From assembly GCA_965205015.1 (NCBI GenBank), contig OZ242029.1, positions 928,001 to 992,000 of the forward strand: a stretch of DNA of 64,000 bases, given 5' to 3'. Below, piece by piece: positions 51,203 to 59,386 of this stretch. The position numbers and the translations under genes were made by a program. This DNA is from Candidatus Poribacteria bacterium (GTDB lineage: Bacteria > Poribacteria > WGA-4E > WGA-3G). The notes under the pieces are model-generated. The model worked only from the letters and a program-made list of their open reading frames with translations, made no database searches and was not told the DNA's origin. Positions within the stretch are counted from its first letter, which is position 1. Each line of letters opens with the position of its first letter.

Positions 51203-52396
51203 TCATGTCCTCCAGAAGGTTGAATCTTTTGTTGGCTGATATGCAATGTCCAAATGAGGGGTCTCCTGCTTCGTACTTTCGGCGAAGAGGCTATCAACCC
51301 CTGCTGCAACAAGTCCTGTCGTCAACAAGGTACGTTCAACGGGATAGGTTGCCTCACCCGTCAGGAACATCTTCTCGATATTGTTAACCAGCGGCGAAAA
51401 GAAGTTCGCCAACGTCGTCCGTGCGGGTGGCATCGGAAGATACATCTGTGTTGAAAGAATCTCGTCGCTTGATCCGATATAAGCGGCAAAATTGAAATCT
51501 TGCACCAAACCATTCATCAAGATCATGGTAGATTTAAGTCCGTCATTGTGTTCATACTGATACGCTATCGGGTCTTTCACAATCTCTTTTAACTCATCAA
51601 GATTTGGAAACGGATTGTTAAACCCAGAACGTGCCGGTGTAAGTGTATGACTCCGACAGAGCGCCGTCTCAAAGAGTTCTCGCGACCAGAGCTTAGTGTG
51701 ATGTGCTTCCCAGAACGCATCGCCGCGATACGCCTGTAGCCATTTGACACCACTTTCACCACCTTCGCGCCGTTCTACCATACACTGTAAGGTTTCCAAG
51801 GCGTGGAAGTCATAACTGTCCACACCCCCATAGCCGACACAGACTGCCTCAGAGATCGGTACACCGAGCGGCATGTCGATTGATGGTGTGCGCCACGTAA
51901 CCGGTAAGGACGAGCCTGCCATAAACGCAAAGCCCATAGACTCGGAGATATCGTACATCTCGCGCGCCCACTCCCAGTTCCATGAGAGATGTTTGTCGTT
52001 AAAGGTCGGCACGCCGCGCCCACTCTTTTCATAGACCTCAGCGATTTGCATGAAGTGTTCATAGCGTGGATAAAGACGTTGCCCCTTCTCGTTGGTGGGA
52101 TATTCGCCGTGTTCCCCGATAATCAGGACCCCGTCGACCGCAAGTTCTTCACCGCCGAGGGTGAGTGCCTCCGCAATTGTGGGGTAACCCTTCATTGTCG
52201 GGAAACGCTCCAGACGTTCACGACTGAGGTCATTGTCCTTGACCTGTTCGACGAAGAGAGAGACGAGATCCATCGGTGGGTGATGATGTCGGCTATTCCA
52301 TCCGTAACCTTCCAAGAACCGATCGACGATGTGCTGCGTGTGCGAGTATTTGTGATAAATCGTCGCAATTGCTGCGATTTTCGGTCGTTTTTCCAT
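51203..52396 (-). CDS. Conserved hypothetical protein (divergent oxidoreductase-like), paralog A
   Basis: Long ORF, AGGAG RBS, motifs shared with downstream paralog. Confidence 0.7.
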   Translation of the reverse strand: MEKRPKIAAIATIYHKYSHTQHIVDRFLEGYGWNSRHHHPPMDLVSLFVEQVKDNDLSRERLERFPTMKGYPTIAEALTLGGEELAVDGVLIIGEHGEYPTNEKGQRLYPRYEHFMQIAEVYEKSGRGVPTFNDKHLSWNWEWAREMYDISESMGFAFMAGSSLPVTWRTPSIDMPLGVPISEAVCVGYGGVDSYDFHALETLQCMVERREGGESGVKWLQAYRGDAFWEAHHTKLWSRELFETALCRSHTLTPARSGFNNPFPNLDELKEIVKDPIAYQYEHNDGLKSTMILMNGLVQDFNFAAYIGSSDEILSTQMYLPMPPARTTLANFFSPLVNNIEKMFLTGEATYPVERTLLTTGLVAAGVDSLFAESTKQETPHLDIAYQPTKDSTFWRT

Positions 52397-52552
52397 GCGC
52401 TCTCCTTTTTTTATTTTTCTACCGGTACATTACTTTTTATCTCCCTCTTTCTTGAGTTCTCCCCAGCGTCTCGGAAGTTTGTCTTGTGGGTTCACCGCCA
52501 GAAAACCGGGGTCATACGCCGCAACGCTCTGCTCCTTTTTTCAGAAACCTAT

Positions 52553-53083
52553 CTACGGCGAGGGTATCGTAGAATCGACATTCAGCGGTTTCTCTATTAG
52601 CACAACCGGTGCCTGACAACAATCGCAATTCCCCGGGGCAACTGCTCGGATGTAGCATATATCGCAGTAGTAATAGAGCTCGTGTATCACACCATCTTTG
52701 ACAGAATAAAACCGGATAACTTCCAATAGTTGCGTGTTGGGAAAGACGCGACCGTTGAGAATCAGATCTTTCTCATGGAGCTGTTCATCCACAAAGAGTG
52801 CCTCCGCCAGCGATGTCGGTAAAAGCGTATAGTATCCTTCATCCTCGGTCTTGACCCCGTATAGACGATCGCGGGTTTTAAAGAGTTCTACGGCATAGTG
52901 CGTGTGCATCTCCTCCGCCAAGCAGACGATTTTGCCTCGGAGTTCAACGTTTTGCGGTTTCTCTTTTGGTGTAGATTGCAAGCCAAAATCTGCTGCCTGA
53001 GGATCGGTTGCCGGTTTGGCACCACTCATCAGAAAAACCAGAATAACGAAAAATGGGGATAATCGTTTGAAATTACGCATCAC
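52553..53083 (-). CDS. Exported protein with C-terminal Cys-rich metal-binding motif
   Basis: Signal peptide; YYYCDIC...PGNCDCC. Confidence 0.65.
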   Translation of the reverse strand: MMRNFKRLSPFFVILVFLMSGAKPATDPQAADFGLQSTPKEKPQNVELRGKIVCLAEEMHTHYAVELFKTRDRLYGVKTEDEGYYTLLPTSLAEALFVDEQLHEKDLILNGRVFPNTQLLEVIRFYSVKDGVIHELYYYCDICYIRAVAPGNCDCCQAPVVLIEKPLNVDSTIPSP

Positions 53084-53124
53084 TTATCTCCTTTTCGGCT
53101 GTTACGGCACACGGCGTGTGCCTA

Positions 53125-54000
53125 CTACCTTACAGAAGTTGCCCACCGATTTGGACCAGGACCGGGCTGATGTTCATCACGAACGCGCTTAAATTCCTCA
53201 GGCGTCGTAACAACATCCTCGGGATGCAACCGACTCCGCGCGAGAAAGCCTGCTTCCGGTTGATAGCCGGTCGGTTTCGACGCATCTTGATAGCGGGAAT
53301 CAACACTCCATCGGACCTGGTGACTGACATTCGGAATGGAGCGGTGCGGGGTCAGATTGGTAAGTAGAAGTATGCTGCCAAACTTGACAGGGACCACTAC
53401 CGGATCAACTTCGGGCAATTCGTCCTGTGGAATTTCAAGATAGAAACGTTCAGAGTGACGATGCCGGAAAACACCATCCCGATGGGCATGCGGGATGACT
53501 TCCAAACATCCGTTCTCCACGGTAGCATCTATCAATGGAATCCAAATTGTGAGCTGCAAGACAGAATCGCATTTAGGTTCCATATAGCCAGCGTCCTGAT
53601 GCCACGGGACGAGCGTCCGATCGTGTTCAGGGAGTTTCGGACGCACCCGATATGCTGGGTGACACATAATCTCCGGTCCAACGAGCGACTCGGCAAGGTC
53701 AAGCAACTTCGGATGACTAAGTAGATCAAAGAGTGCCGGTCCCGTGTGTGCACCACTGAACACCTTCTGGAACACGACCGGCGACTGCGCCGTAATTTTT
53801 GCCAAACGGGTGTCAAACCCTTCCGTTTTGAATTCGGAGTCAATTTCACCGTCCGCGTAGAGTTCCGATGCGCCAGTGTCGACAATTTCCTCAAACTCTG
53901 CGATCAGTGGGTTCAGGTCGTCCGGTGCCAAGGCATCTTCGATGAGTAGATAGCCGTTTTCATTAAAATCGTGGATTTGCGAATTGGTTAATGCTTTCAT
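53125..54000 (-). CDS. PhyH family dioxygenase
   Basis: PWHQD, WIPL.DAT.ENGCL, TPHRS, RWS.D.RY. Confidence 0.88.
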   Translation of the reverse strand: MKALTNSQIHDFNENGYLLIEDALAPDDLNPLIAEFEEIVDTGASELYADGEIDSEFKTEGFDTRLAKITAQSPVVFQKVFSGAHTGPALFDLLSHPKLLDLAESLVGPEIMCHPAYRVRPKLPEHDRTLVPWHQDAGYMEPKCDSVLQLTIWIPLIDATVENGCLEVIPHAHRDGVFRHRHSERFYLEIPQDELPEVDPVVVPVKFGSILLLTNLTPHRSIPNVSHQVRWSVDSRYQDASKPTGYQPEAGFLARSRLHPEDVVTTPEEFKRVRDEHQPGPGPNRWATSVR

Positions 54001-54405
54001 AATTTTTATAAGAGGGTTTTGCTTTATTGCGTTGTTCTTCGTTGACGAACCCATTTTTGATGAAGTGTGAGTGCTGACATCTTTGACAGTTCATCGTCTG
54101 TGCCTCCTGAAGCCAGCGTTCTTTTTTTATGAGGATACCAGATCAATTGATATGCGTCAAGTGAAAAATTAGTTTGATTTTTTTGATATTTTTTTTAAAT
54201 TTGTTATTCTTTAGACGAATACAATTGGATGTGATATATTAGTGTTGGTTGGGGAAACACCCAAGCAAAAATGCCGTACTGTATCGTCGAAAAAAGACGT
54301 GAAACCCAATAATTTCTTAAAATTGAATGGTTCTAACAAAAAGTTAACGTTAACGGGAATTTGACTTGTAAAATCCTATTACACCGCTAAAAGGAGAAAA
54401 TTCTA

Positions 54406-56916
54406 ATGAAAAAAATGCTGCTTTCTATATTTCTAACGCATATTATCGTTTCAACACTTTTGCTATCAAACGCCTTTGCACAAGACGACACAACGTGGTA
54501 CCTACCCGAAGGTGCCAAAGCCCGGTTCGGTAAAGGTAGTGTGGCGGAGATAAAGTATTCCCCAGATGGTGCCCGTTTAGCAGTTGCGAGTGGTATCGGT
54601 ATTTGGCTTTATGATGCGGAGACCTATCAAGCGTTATCCCTACTCACAGGGCATACGCGTCCGGTTATTAGCGTAGCATTCAGTCCAGATGGGAAGATGC
54701 TTGCAAGTGGGAGTGAGGATCGCACGGTCCGTTTATGGGATGCGTTGACAGGTGAACAAAAACAGACACTCACAGGGCATGCGCATTGGGTCGCTAGTGT
54801 AGCGTTCAGTCCAGATGGGCAGACCCTCGCAAGTGGCAGTTGGGATAAGACGGTCCGTTTATGGGATGCGTTGACAGGTGAACACAAGCAAACACTCACA
54901 GGACATACGTATGCGGTCTATAGTGTAGCGTTCAGTCCAGATGGGCAGACCCTCGCAAGTGGCAGTGACGACACGGTCCATTTATGGGATGCGTTGACGG
55001 GTGAACAAAAACAGACACTCACAGGGCATATGCGTTCTTTGAGGAGCGTAGCGTTCAGTCCAGATGGGCAGACCCTCGCAAGTGGGGATTGGTACGGCGT
55101 GACCAATTTATGGGATGCGTTGACAGGTGAACACAAGCAAACAGCCACAGGTGGTCGGTGTTGGGTCGTTAGCGAAGTATCGTTCAGTCCGGATGGAGGG
55201 ACACTCGCAAGTGCGGGAGGTTTTGTGCGCGGTGCTATCGATTTATGGGATGCGTTGACAGGTGGATATAAGCAAACACTCACAGGGCATATAAGTACGG
55301 TCTATAGTGTAGCGTTCAGTCCCGATGGGCAAACCCTCGCAAGTAGTGCTGCGGATGGTACGATTCGTTTCTGGGATGCGTTGACAGGTGAACACAAGCA
55401 AACACTCACAGGACATACGTATGAGGTCTATAATGTAGCGTTCAGTCCAGATGGCAAGACGCTTGCAAGTACAAACTACACGACTATCCGTTTATGGGAT
55501 GCATTGACGGGTGAACAAAAACAGACACTCATAGGGGATATAAATTTTTTGGACACCGTAGCGTTCAGTCCCGATGGGCAAATCCTCGCAAGTGGGGATC
55601 GTAGTCGCATTGTGTTTTTGTGGGATGTGTTGACGGGTGAACGAAAACAAATACCCGCACCAATACTCACAGAGCATCTAAGTACGACCCGTAGTGTAGC
55701 GTTCAGTCCCGATGGGCAAACCCTCGCAAGTAGCAGTGGGGATAAGACGGTCCGTTTATGGGATGTGTTGACGGGTGAACAAAAACAGACACTCACAGGA
55801 CATACGCATGCGGTCCATAATGTAGCGTTCAGTCCCGATGGGCAAACCCTCGCAAGTGGCAGTGGGGATAAGACGGTCCGTTTATGGGATGTGTTGACGG
55901 GTGAACAAAAACAAATACTCACAGGGCATACAAGTTCGCTCCTTAGTGTAGCGTTCAGTCCCGATGGGCAAACCCTCGCAAGTGGCAGTGGGGATAAGAC
56001 GGTCCGTTTATGGGATGTGTTGACGGGTGAACAAAAGCAAACACTCACAGGGCATATAAGTACGGTCTATAGTGTAGCGTTCAGTCCCGATGGGCAAACC
56101 CTCGCAAGTAGCGGTTATGTTAGGATTCGTTTATGGGATGTGTTGACGGGTGAACCAAAACAAATACTCACAGGGCATACACGTACGGTCCTTAGTGTAG
56201 CGTTCAGTCCCGATGGGCAAACCCTCGCAAGTGGCAGTGAGGATGGCACTGTGCTTTTGTGGGATGTTACGCCTTTTTCCACAAAGCCTGATTCCGTGTA
56301 TCCTGTATGGGATGTAAATGAGGATGGTCAAATCAACATATTGGATTTGGTTGCTGTGGCACAAAACCTCGAAAAACCTTTAACAGTGAACCCACGGGCA
56401 GATGTGAACAGTGATAATAGTATCAATATTTTAGACTTAGTGCTTGTCTCGCAACATTTGGGCGGATCAACACGTGCTGCTCCTACAAGTATTGTCAGAT
56501 TAGATCTTGACCCGGTACGCGTTGAAGGGTGGTTAGCACTGGCGCGGATTGAAAACGACGGTTCTTTAGCATTCCGACAAGGTATAGCGAATCTGGAACG
56601 GCTTTTAGCATCGCTGATCCCGGAAGAAACAGGACTCTTGCCAAACTACCCCAATCCCTTCAACCCGGAAACGTGGATACCGTATCAGTTGGCAAAATTT
56701 ACAGCGGTTAGCATCTCTATTTATGCTGCCAATGGGCACTTGGTTCGGAGGTTAGACTTAGGGCATCAACCTGCGGGTTTATATAAATCACGTAGCCGTG
56801 CAGCGTATTGGGATGGTAAAAACGATCTCGGTGAGCCTATTGCGAGCGGCGTGTATTTCTATTCATTTACTGCTGGGGATTTCACCGCAACGCGGAAGAT
56901 GCTGATACGGAAATAG
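54406..56916 (+). CDS. Secreted WD40-repeat protein with dockerin-like and FlgD-Ig/T9SS-like C-terminal domains
   Basis: ~13 highly similar WD40 repeats; DVNEDGQINILD; LLPNYPNPFNPETWIPY. Confidence 0.9.
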   Translation: MKKMLLSIFLTHIIVSTLLLSNAFAQDDTTWYLPEGAKARFGKGSVAEIKYSPDGARLAVASGIGIWLYDAETYQALSLLTGHTRPVISVAFSPDGKMLASGSEDRTVRLWDALTGEQKQTLTGHAHWVASVAFSPDGQTLASGSWDKTVRLWDALTGEHKQTLTGHTYAVYSVAFSPDGQTLASGSDDTVHLWDALTGEQKQTLTGHMRSLRSVAFSPDGQTLASGDWYGVTNLWDALTGEHKQTATGGRCWVVSEVSFSPDGGTLASAGGFVRGAIDLWDALTGGYKQTLTGHISTVYSVAFSPDGQTLASSAADGTIRFWDALTGEHKQTLTGHTYEVYNVAFSPDGKTLASTNYTTIRLWDALTGEQKQTLIGDINFLDTVAFSPDGQILASGDRSRIVFLWDVLTGERKQIPAPILTEHLSTTRSVAFSPDGQTLASSSGDKTVRLWDVLTGEQKQTLTGHTHAVHNVAFSPDGQTLASGSGDKTVRLWDVLTGEQKQILTGHTSSLLSVAFSPDGQTLASGSGDKTVRLWDVLTGEQKQTLTGHISTVYSVAFSPDGQTLASSGYVRIRLWDVLTGEPKQILTGHTRTVLSVAFSPDGQTLASGSEDGTVLLWDVTPFSTKPDSVYPVWDVNEDGQINILDLVAVAQNLEKPLTVNPRADVNSDNSINILDLVLVSQHLGGSTRAAPTSIVRLDLDPVRVEGWLALARIENDGSLAFRQGIANLERLLASLIPEETGLLPNYPNPFNPETWIPYQLAKFTAVSISIYAANGHLVRRLDLGHQPAGLYKSRSRAAYWDGKNDLGEPIASGVYFYSFTAGDFTATRKMLIRK

Positions 56917-56934
56917 TATCATATGACCATAGGA

Positions 56935-57011
56935 GTGCTGGGATGCTGATGTCTATTAGCTTCCCAGCGATCACTGATGAGTGGAAATGATGTGCTTGCA
57001 GGCACATTTGC
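56935..57011 (-). ncRNA. Candidate small structured RNA (or operator array) inside the element's left end
   Basis: Three stems: ATGTGC/GCACAT, CACT/AGTG, GCTGGGA/TCCCAGC; immediately downstream of a near-consensus promoter. Confidence 0.4.
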
Positions 57012-57015
57012 TTGA

Positions 57016-57044
57016 AGTATAACAATACGGGTAAGGGGTGTCAA
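57016..57044 (-). promoter_or_regulatory. Near-consensus sigma-70 promoter pointing toward the left inverted repeat
   Basis: Minus strand TTGACA-17bp-TATACT with TG extension. Confidence 0.75.
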
Positions 57045-57052
57045 CCCTATTT

Positions 57053-57910
57053 TCAACGGATCTGCTCCTTTTTTACTAAGTTTTCATCCATGGTTTTGAG
57101 TTGATCCTCTGGAATGAGGTCGAGATATTGAGTAATAACGCGTCTCGAAAGTCGTGTAATCTGTGAGATTTCGTCAATATCTGCGGTCGCTCTGCGAACG
57201 ACTTTCACCGACTCATAATCCCGGATGTATCGGTCAACAGCCTCCTTGGAGTGCTTGGTCTTGGCAGCAATAGTTGGGGTGAGATACCCTTGAAGATAGA
57301 GGGTGATGATCTCTCTCTTGTGGGTAATCGCCCCCGATAGGTCGTGGATATTGCCCCGAGTGGGTAAGATGTCTCCTGTGGTTCTCTGCCATTCATTGAC
57401 GTAGTCCTGGACGACAGCATCACAGACATTGAGCAAAACTGCCAAGTCGAGTTGCGTCAATAAGGCGCCCTGGTCATAAGCTTGATGACACCAGCGGACC
57501 AAGCGATTGATCCGGAGTTGCCGGGAGGTAAACCCGTTGCGAAACGATTCAACATCCTCTGTAGCAAGATAGGTCAGGAGGATGGGTTTCATACGGGTCT
57601 TGATGATCGCTTTGCCTCTTTCTGGGTATTCATCAATCGGCACCGCCATCCAGACGAGTTGTCCATAGCGGAGGTATCGCTCCTCGGGGAGTTCGTCGCC
57701 CGTGGCAAGTTTCTCCAAAGGGAGGGTAATGACGAAATACTCCTCAACAGTCTTGAGGATATCCTCAACAATAGCAGTCGCAGTGACTTCGCCTTTATCA
57801 TACCCGTAGTCATTCAAAAAGCGATGGATGAGCAACTGTCGTAGGGATTTATCGTTGATGCGTCTGAACTTCTTCTCGTTGATTTGCGTGCGCGTCAAAG
57901 GCTTGCTCAT
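57053..57910 (-). CDS. DUF1670-like domain protein (second of pair)
   Basis: AYDQGALLTQLDLAVLL, PTRGNIHD, THKREII.LYL.G, HS.EAVDRYIRD. Confidence 0.8.
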   Translation of the reverse strand: MSKPLTRTQINEKKFRRINDKSLRQLLIHRFLNDYGYDKGEVTATAIVEDILKTVEEYFVITLPLEKLATGDELPEERYLRYGQLVWMAVPIDEYPERGKAIIKTRMKPILLTYLATEDVESFRNGFTSRQLRINRLVRWCHQAYDQGALLTQLDLAVLLNVCDAVVQDYVNEWQRTTGDILPTRGNIHDLSGAITHKREIITLYLQGYLTPTIAAKTKHSKEAVDRYIRDYESVKVVRRATADIDEISQITRLSRRVITQYLDLIPEDQLKTMDENLVKKEQIR

Positions 57911-58707
57911 CGGAGATCCCCCTTTTTTTCCTCCATGGGTTCGGGGTGAAGCAGCTGGGTCATGCGATCGGTGTCTTGGTATTGCTCATACAGCGAGAGA
58001 TACTCGCGAATGAGGCGGTCCGAGAGGTGGGTGATCAGGCGTATCTGTCCCCTCGGGAAGTCTTGGTGATGGAGCGTGGCGACCTGTGTGAAGTCTCTGA
58101 GGTAGCGGTAGATGGCGCGTTCGGAGTGGTTGGTCTTTTGCTCAATCTCGGTGAAGGTGTAGTCCTTGAAATACAAATCGAGAATCTGCGTCTTGTGAGA
58201 CAGTCCCGGTCCCATGTCGTGTTTCGCCCCGCGCGTCATGACGAAATACCCGTCCTGCTTCAAGGCGCGGATGTCGCGTTTGACGTTTGCCGGACTCGTG
58301 GTGAGTAAGATGGCTAAATCTTCATAACTCAGCAAGGCGTCTTGGTCATAAGCCTCTTTGGTCAATCGCAGGATGCGGTGGCGTCTGAGGCCTGCCAGAC
58401 CATAACTCGCTAAGACTTCGAAGTCTTCTTCGACCTCATTGAGCGTCAGTCGACAGGAGACTTTCTTCGCTAAAGCGATGTGTTTCCCTGCGGGTTCTTC
58501 GGCAGCGACCGCCTCGTAGCAGATCTGTCCTGAGGTAAGTTGGATATCGGCGTGTTGTTCGAAGTAGGTAGAAATCTGCTTATAGTAGGCTTCGGCCATT
58601 ATAGGTGCCAGATGAAAGTCTGCGGCGATCTTCTGAATGATAGCAGCTCTGGCGTTCTTGGATTCGAGGCGTTTGATACCGTAGGCGGTATCTTTCTTAG
58701 GATTCAT
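57907..58707 (-). CDS. DUF1670-like domain protein (first of pair)
   Basis: EAYDQDALLSYEDLAILL, TRGAKHDMGPG.SHK, HS.RAI.RYLRDF; GGAGG RBS before ATG 58707; ATGA coupling to partner. Confidence 0.8.
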   Translation of the reverse strand: MNPKKDTAYGIKRLESKNARAAIIQKIAADFHLAPIMAEAYYKQISTYFEQHADIQLTSGQICYEAVAAEEPAGKHIALAKKVSCRLTLNEVEEDFEVLASYGLAGLRRHRILRLTKEAYDQDALLSYEDLAILLTTSPANVKRDIRALKQDGYFVMTRGAKHDMGPGLSHKTQILDLYFKDYTFTEIEQKTNHSERAIYRYLRDFTQVATLHHQDFPRGQIRLITHLSDRLIREYLSLYEQYQDTDRMTQLLHPEPMEEKKGDLR

Positions 58708-58774
58708 AGTGACCTCCATGAGGTGAGTCTTGGTGATGAAAATACATCTACCTGTTAGGTGAACTCATACTATC

Positions 58775-58803
58775 AGTATAAATCCTATGGTCATTTGATA
58801 CAA
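58775..58803 (-). promoter_or_regulatory. Promoter of DUF1670 operon overlapping the right inverted repeat
   Basis: Minus strand TTGTAT-17bp-TATACT; the IR fills the spacer and part of the -35. Confidence 0.55.
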
Positions 58804-58954
58804 ACTATAAGTAGATACAAAGTGTATTTGTCGTCTATTATATTTATTTTCTCCGAGTGCCCGGTAGGTCGCTCGGACAGTAGTCTGCTCGTTAGGTTTC
58901 ACTGTGTTTAACCCAACCTGCTTAATTGACAACTATGGTGCGGTTAGATGAAGT

Positions 58955-59380
58955 TTAAAAATTAACTTGGACCAATTCAACCAGAATGCCATCTGGGTCC
59001 CTCGCGCACGCAACGCCCACTGCGTCCGGTGCGCCTATAGGTTCAGACAGAAATTCAACACCGTTCTGTTTTAAGGCTTCGACGGTTCCCTGAATATCTT
59101 CTACAAAAAAGGTAAGCCAGCGGACACCCGCTGCGAATTCACCCGTGGGTGTCGGCGGAGGCGATTCAATATCCATGAGTTTGATAAGTGTGTTACCGGC
59201 TTTAAGCCGGACCTGACGAAAACCTGTCGGCGCAAGCCCTACACCGCGGGCAAGGTCATCTGGAATTTCCAACTCCAGCACGATCTCCAGCCCCAATTTG
59301 TTGTGATAGAAGTCCAGCGAGGCTTCAAAGTCGCTACAGGTAATAGCAATGTCAATAGTGGGATGCGATAGGTTTAGCAC
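58955..59380 (-). CDS. VOC/glyoxalase family protein
   Basis: SLDFY...LGL, F.VEDI, RDPDGILVEL. Confidence 0.88.
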   Translation of the reverse strand: MLNLSHPTIDIAITCSDFEASLDFYHNKLGLEIVLELEIPDDLARGVGLAPTGFRQVRLKAGNTLIKLMDIESPPPTPTGEFAAGVRWLTFFVEDIQGTVEALKQNGVEFLSEPIGAPDAVGVACARDPDGILVELVQVNF

Positions 59381-59386
59381 GAATTT

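Larger units (their letters stand above)
56916..58801 (-). mobile_element. Putative IS-like element with 19-bp terminal inverted repeats carrying two DUF1670-like genes
   Basis: Left GTATCATATGACCATAGGA (56916-56934) vs reverse complement of 58783-58801 GTATCAAATGACCATAGGA, 18/19 identical; tightly encloses the gene pair. Confidence 0.7.

Noticed and set aside
54640-56270. CRISPR array or DGR variable/template repeats
   Set aside because: Repeats are in-frame WD40 coding units without unique spacers; differences are not adenine-specific and no cas or reverse transcriptase gene is present.
56970-57020. CTGATGA...GAAA resembling a hammerhead ribozyme core
   Set aside because: Only 3 nt separate CTGATGA from GAAA, too few for stem II, and the later candidate is GAAG; stems I and III are not evident.
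56905-58812. Target-site duplication around the DUF1670 element
   Set aside because: Flanks GGAAATA and AAACTAT share only AAA, not directly abutting on the left; not significant.
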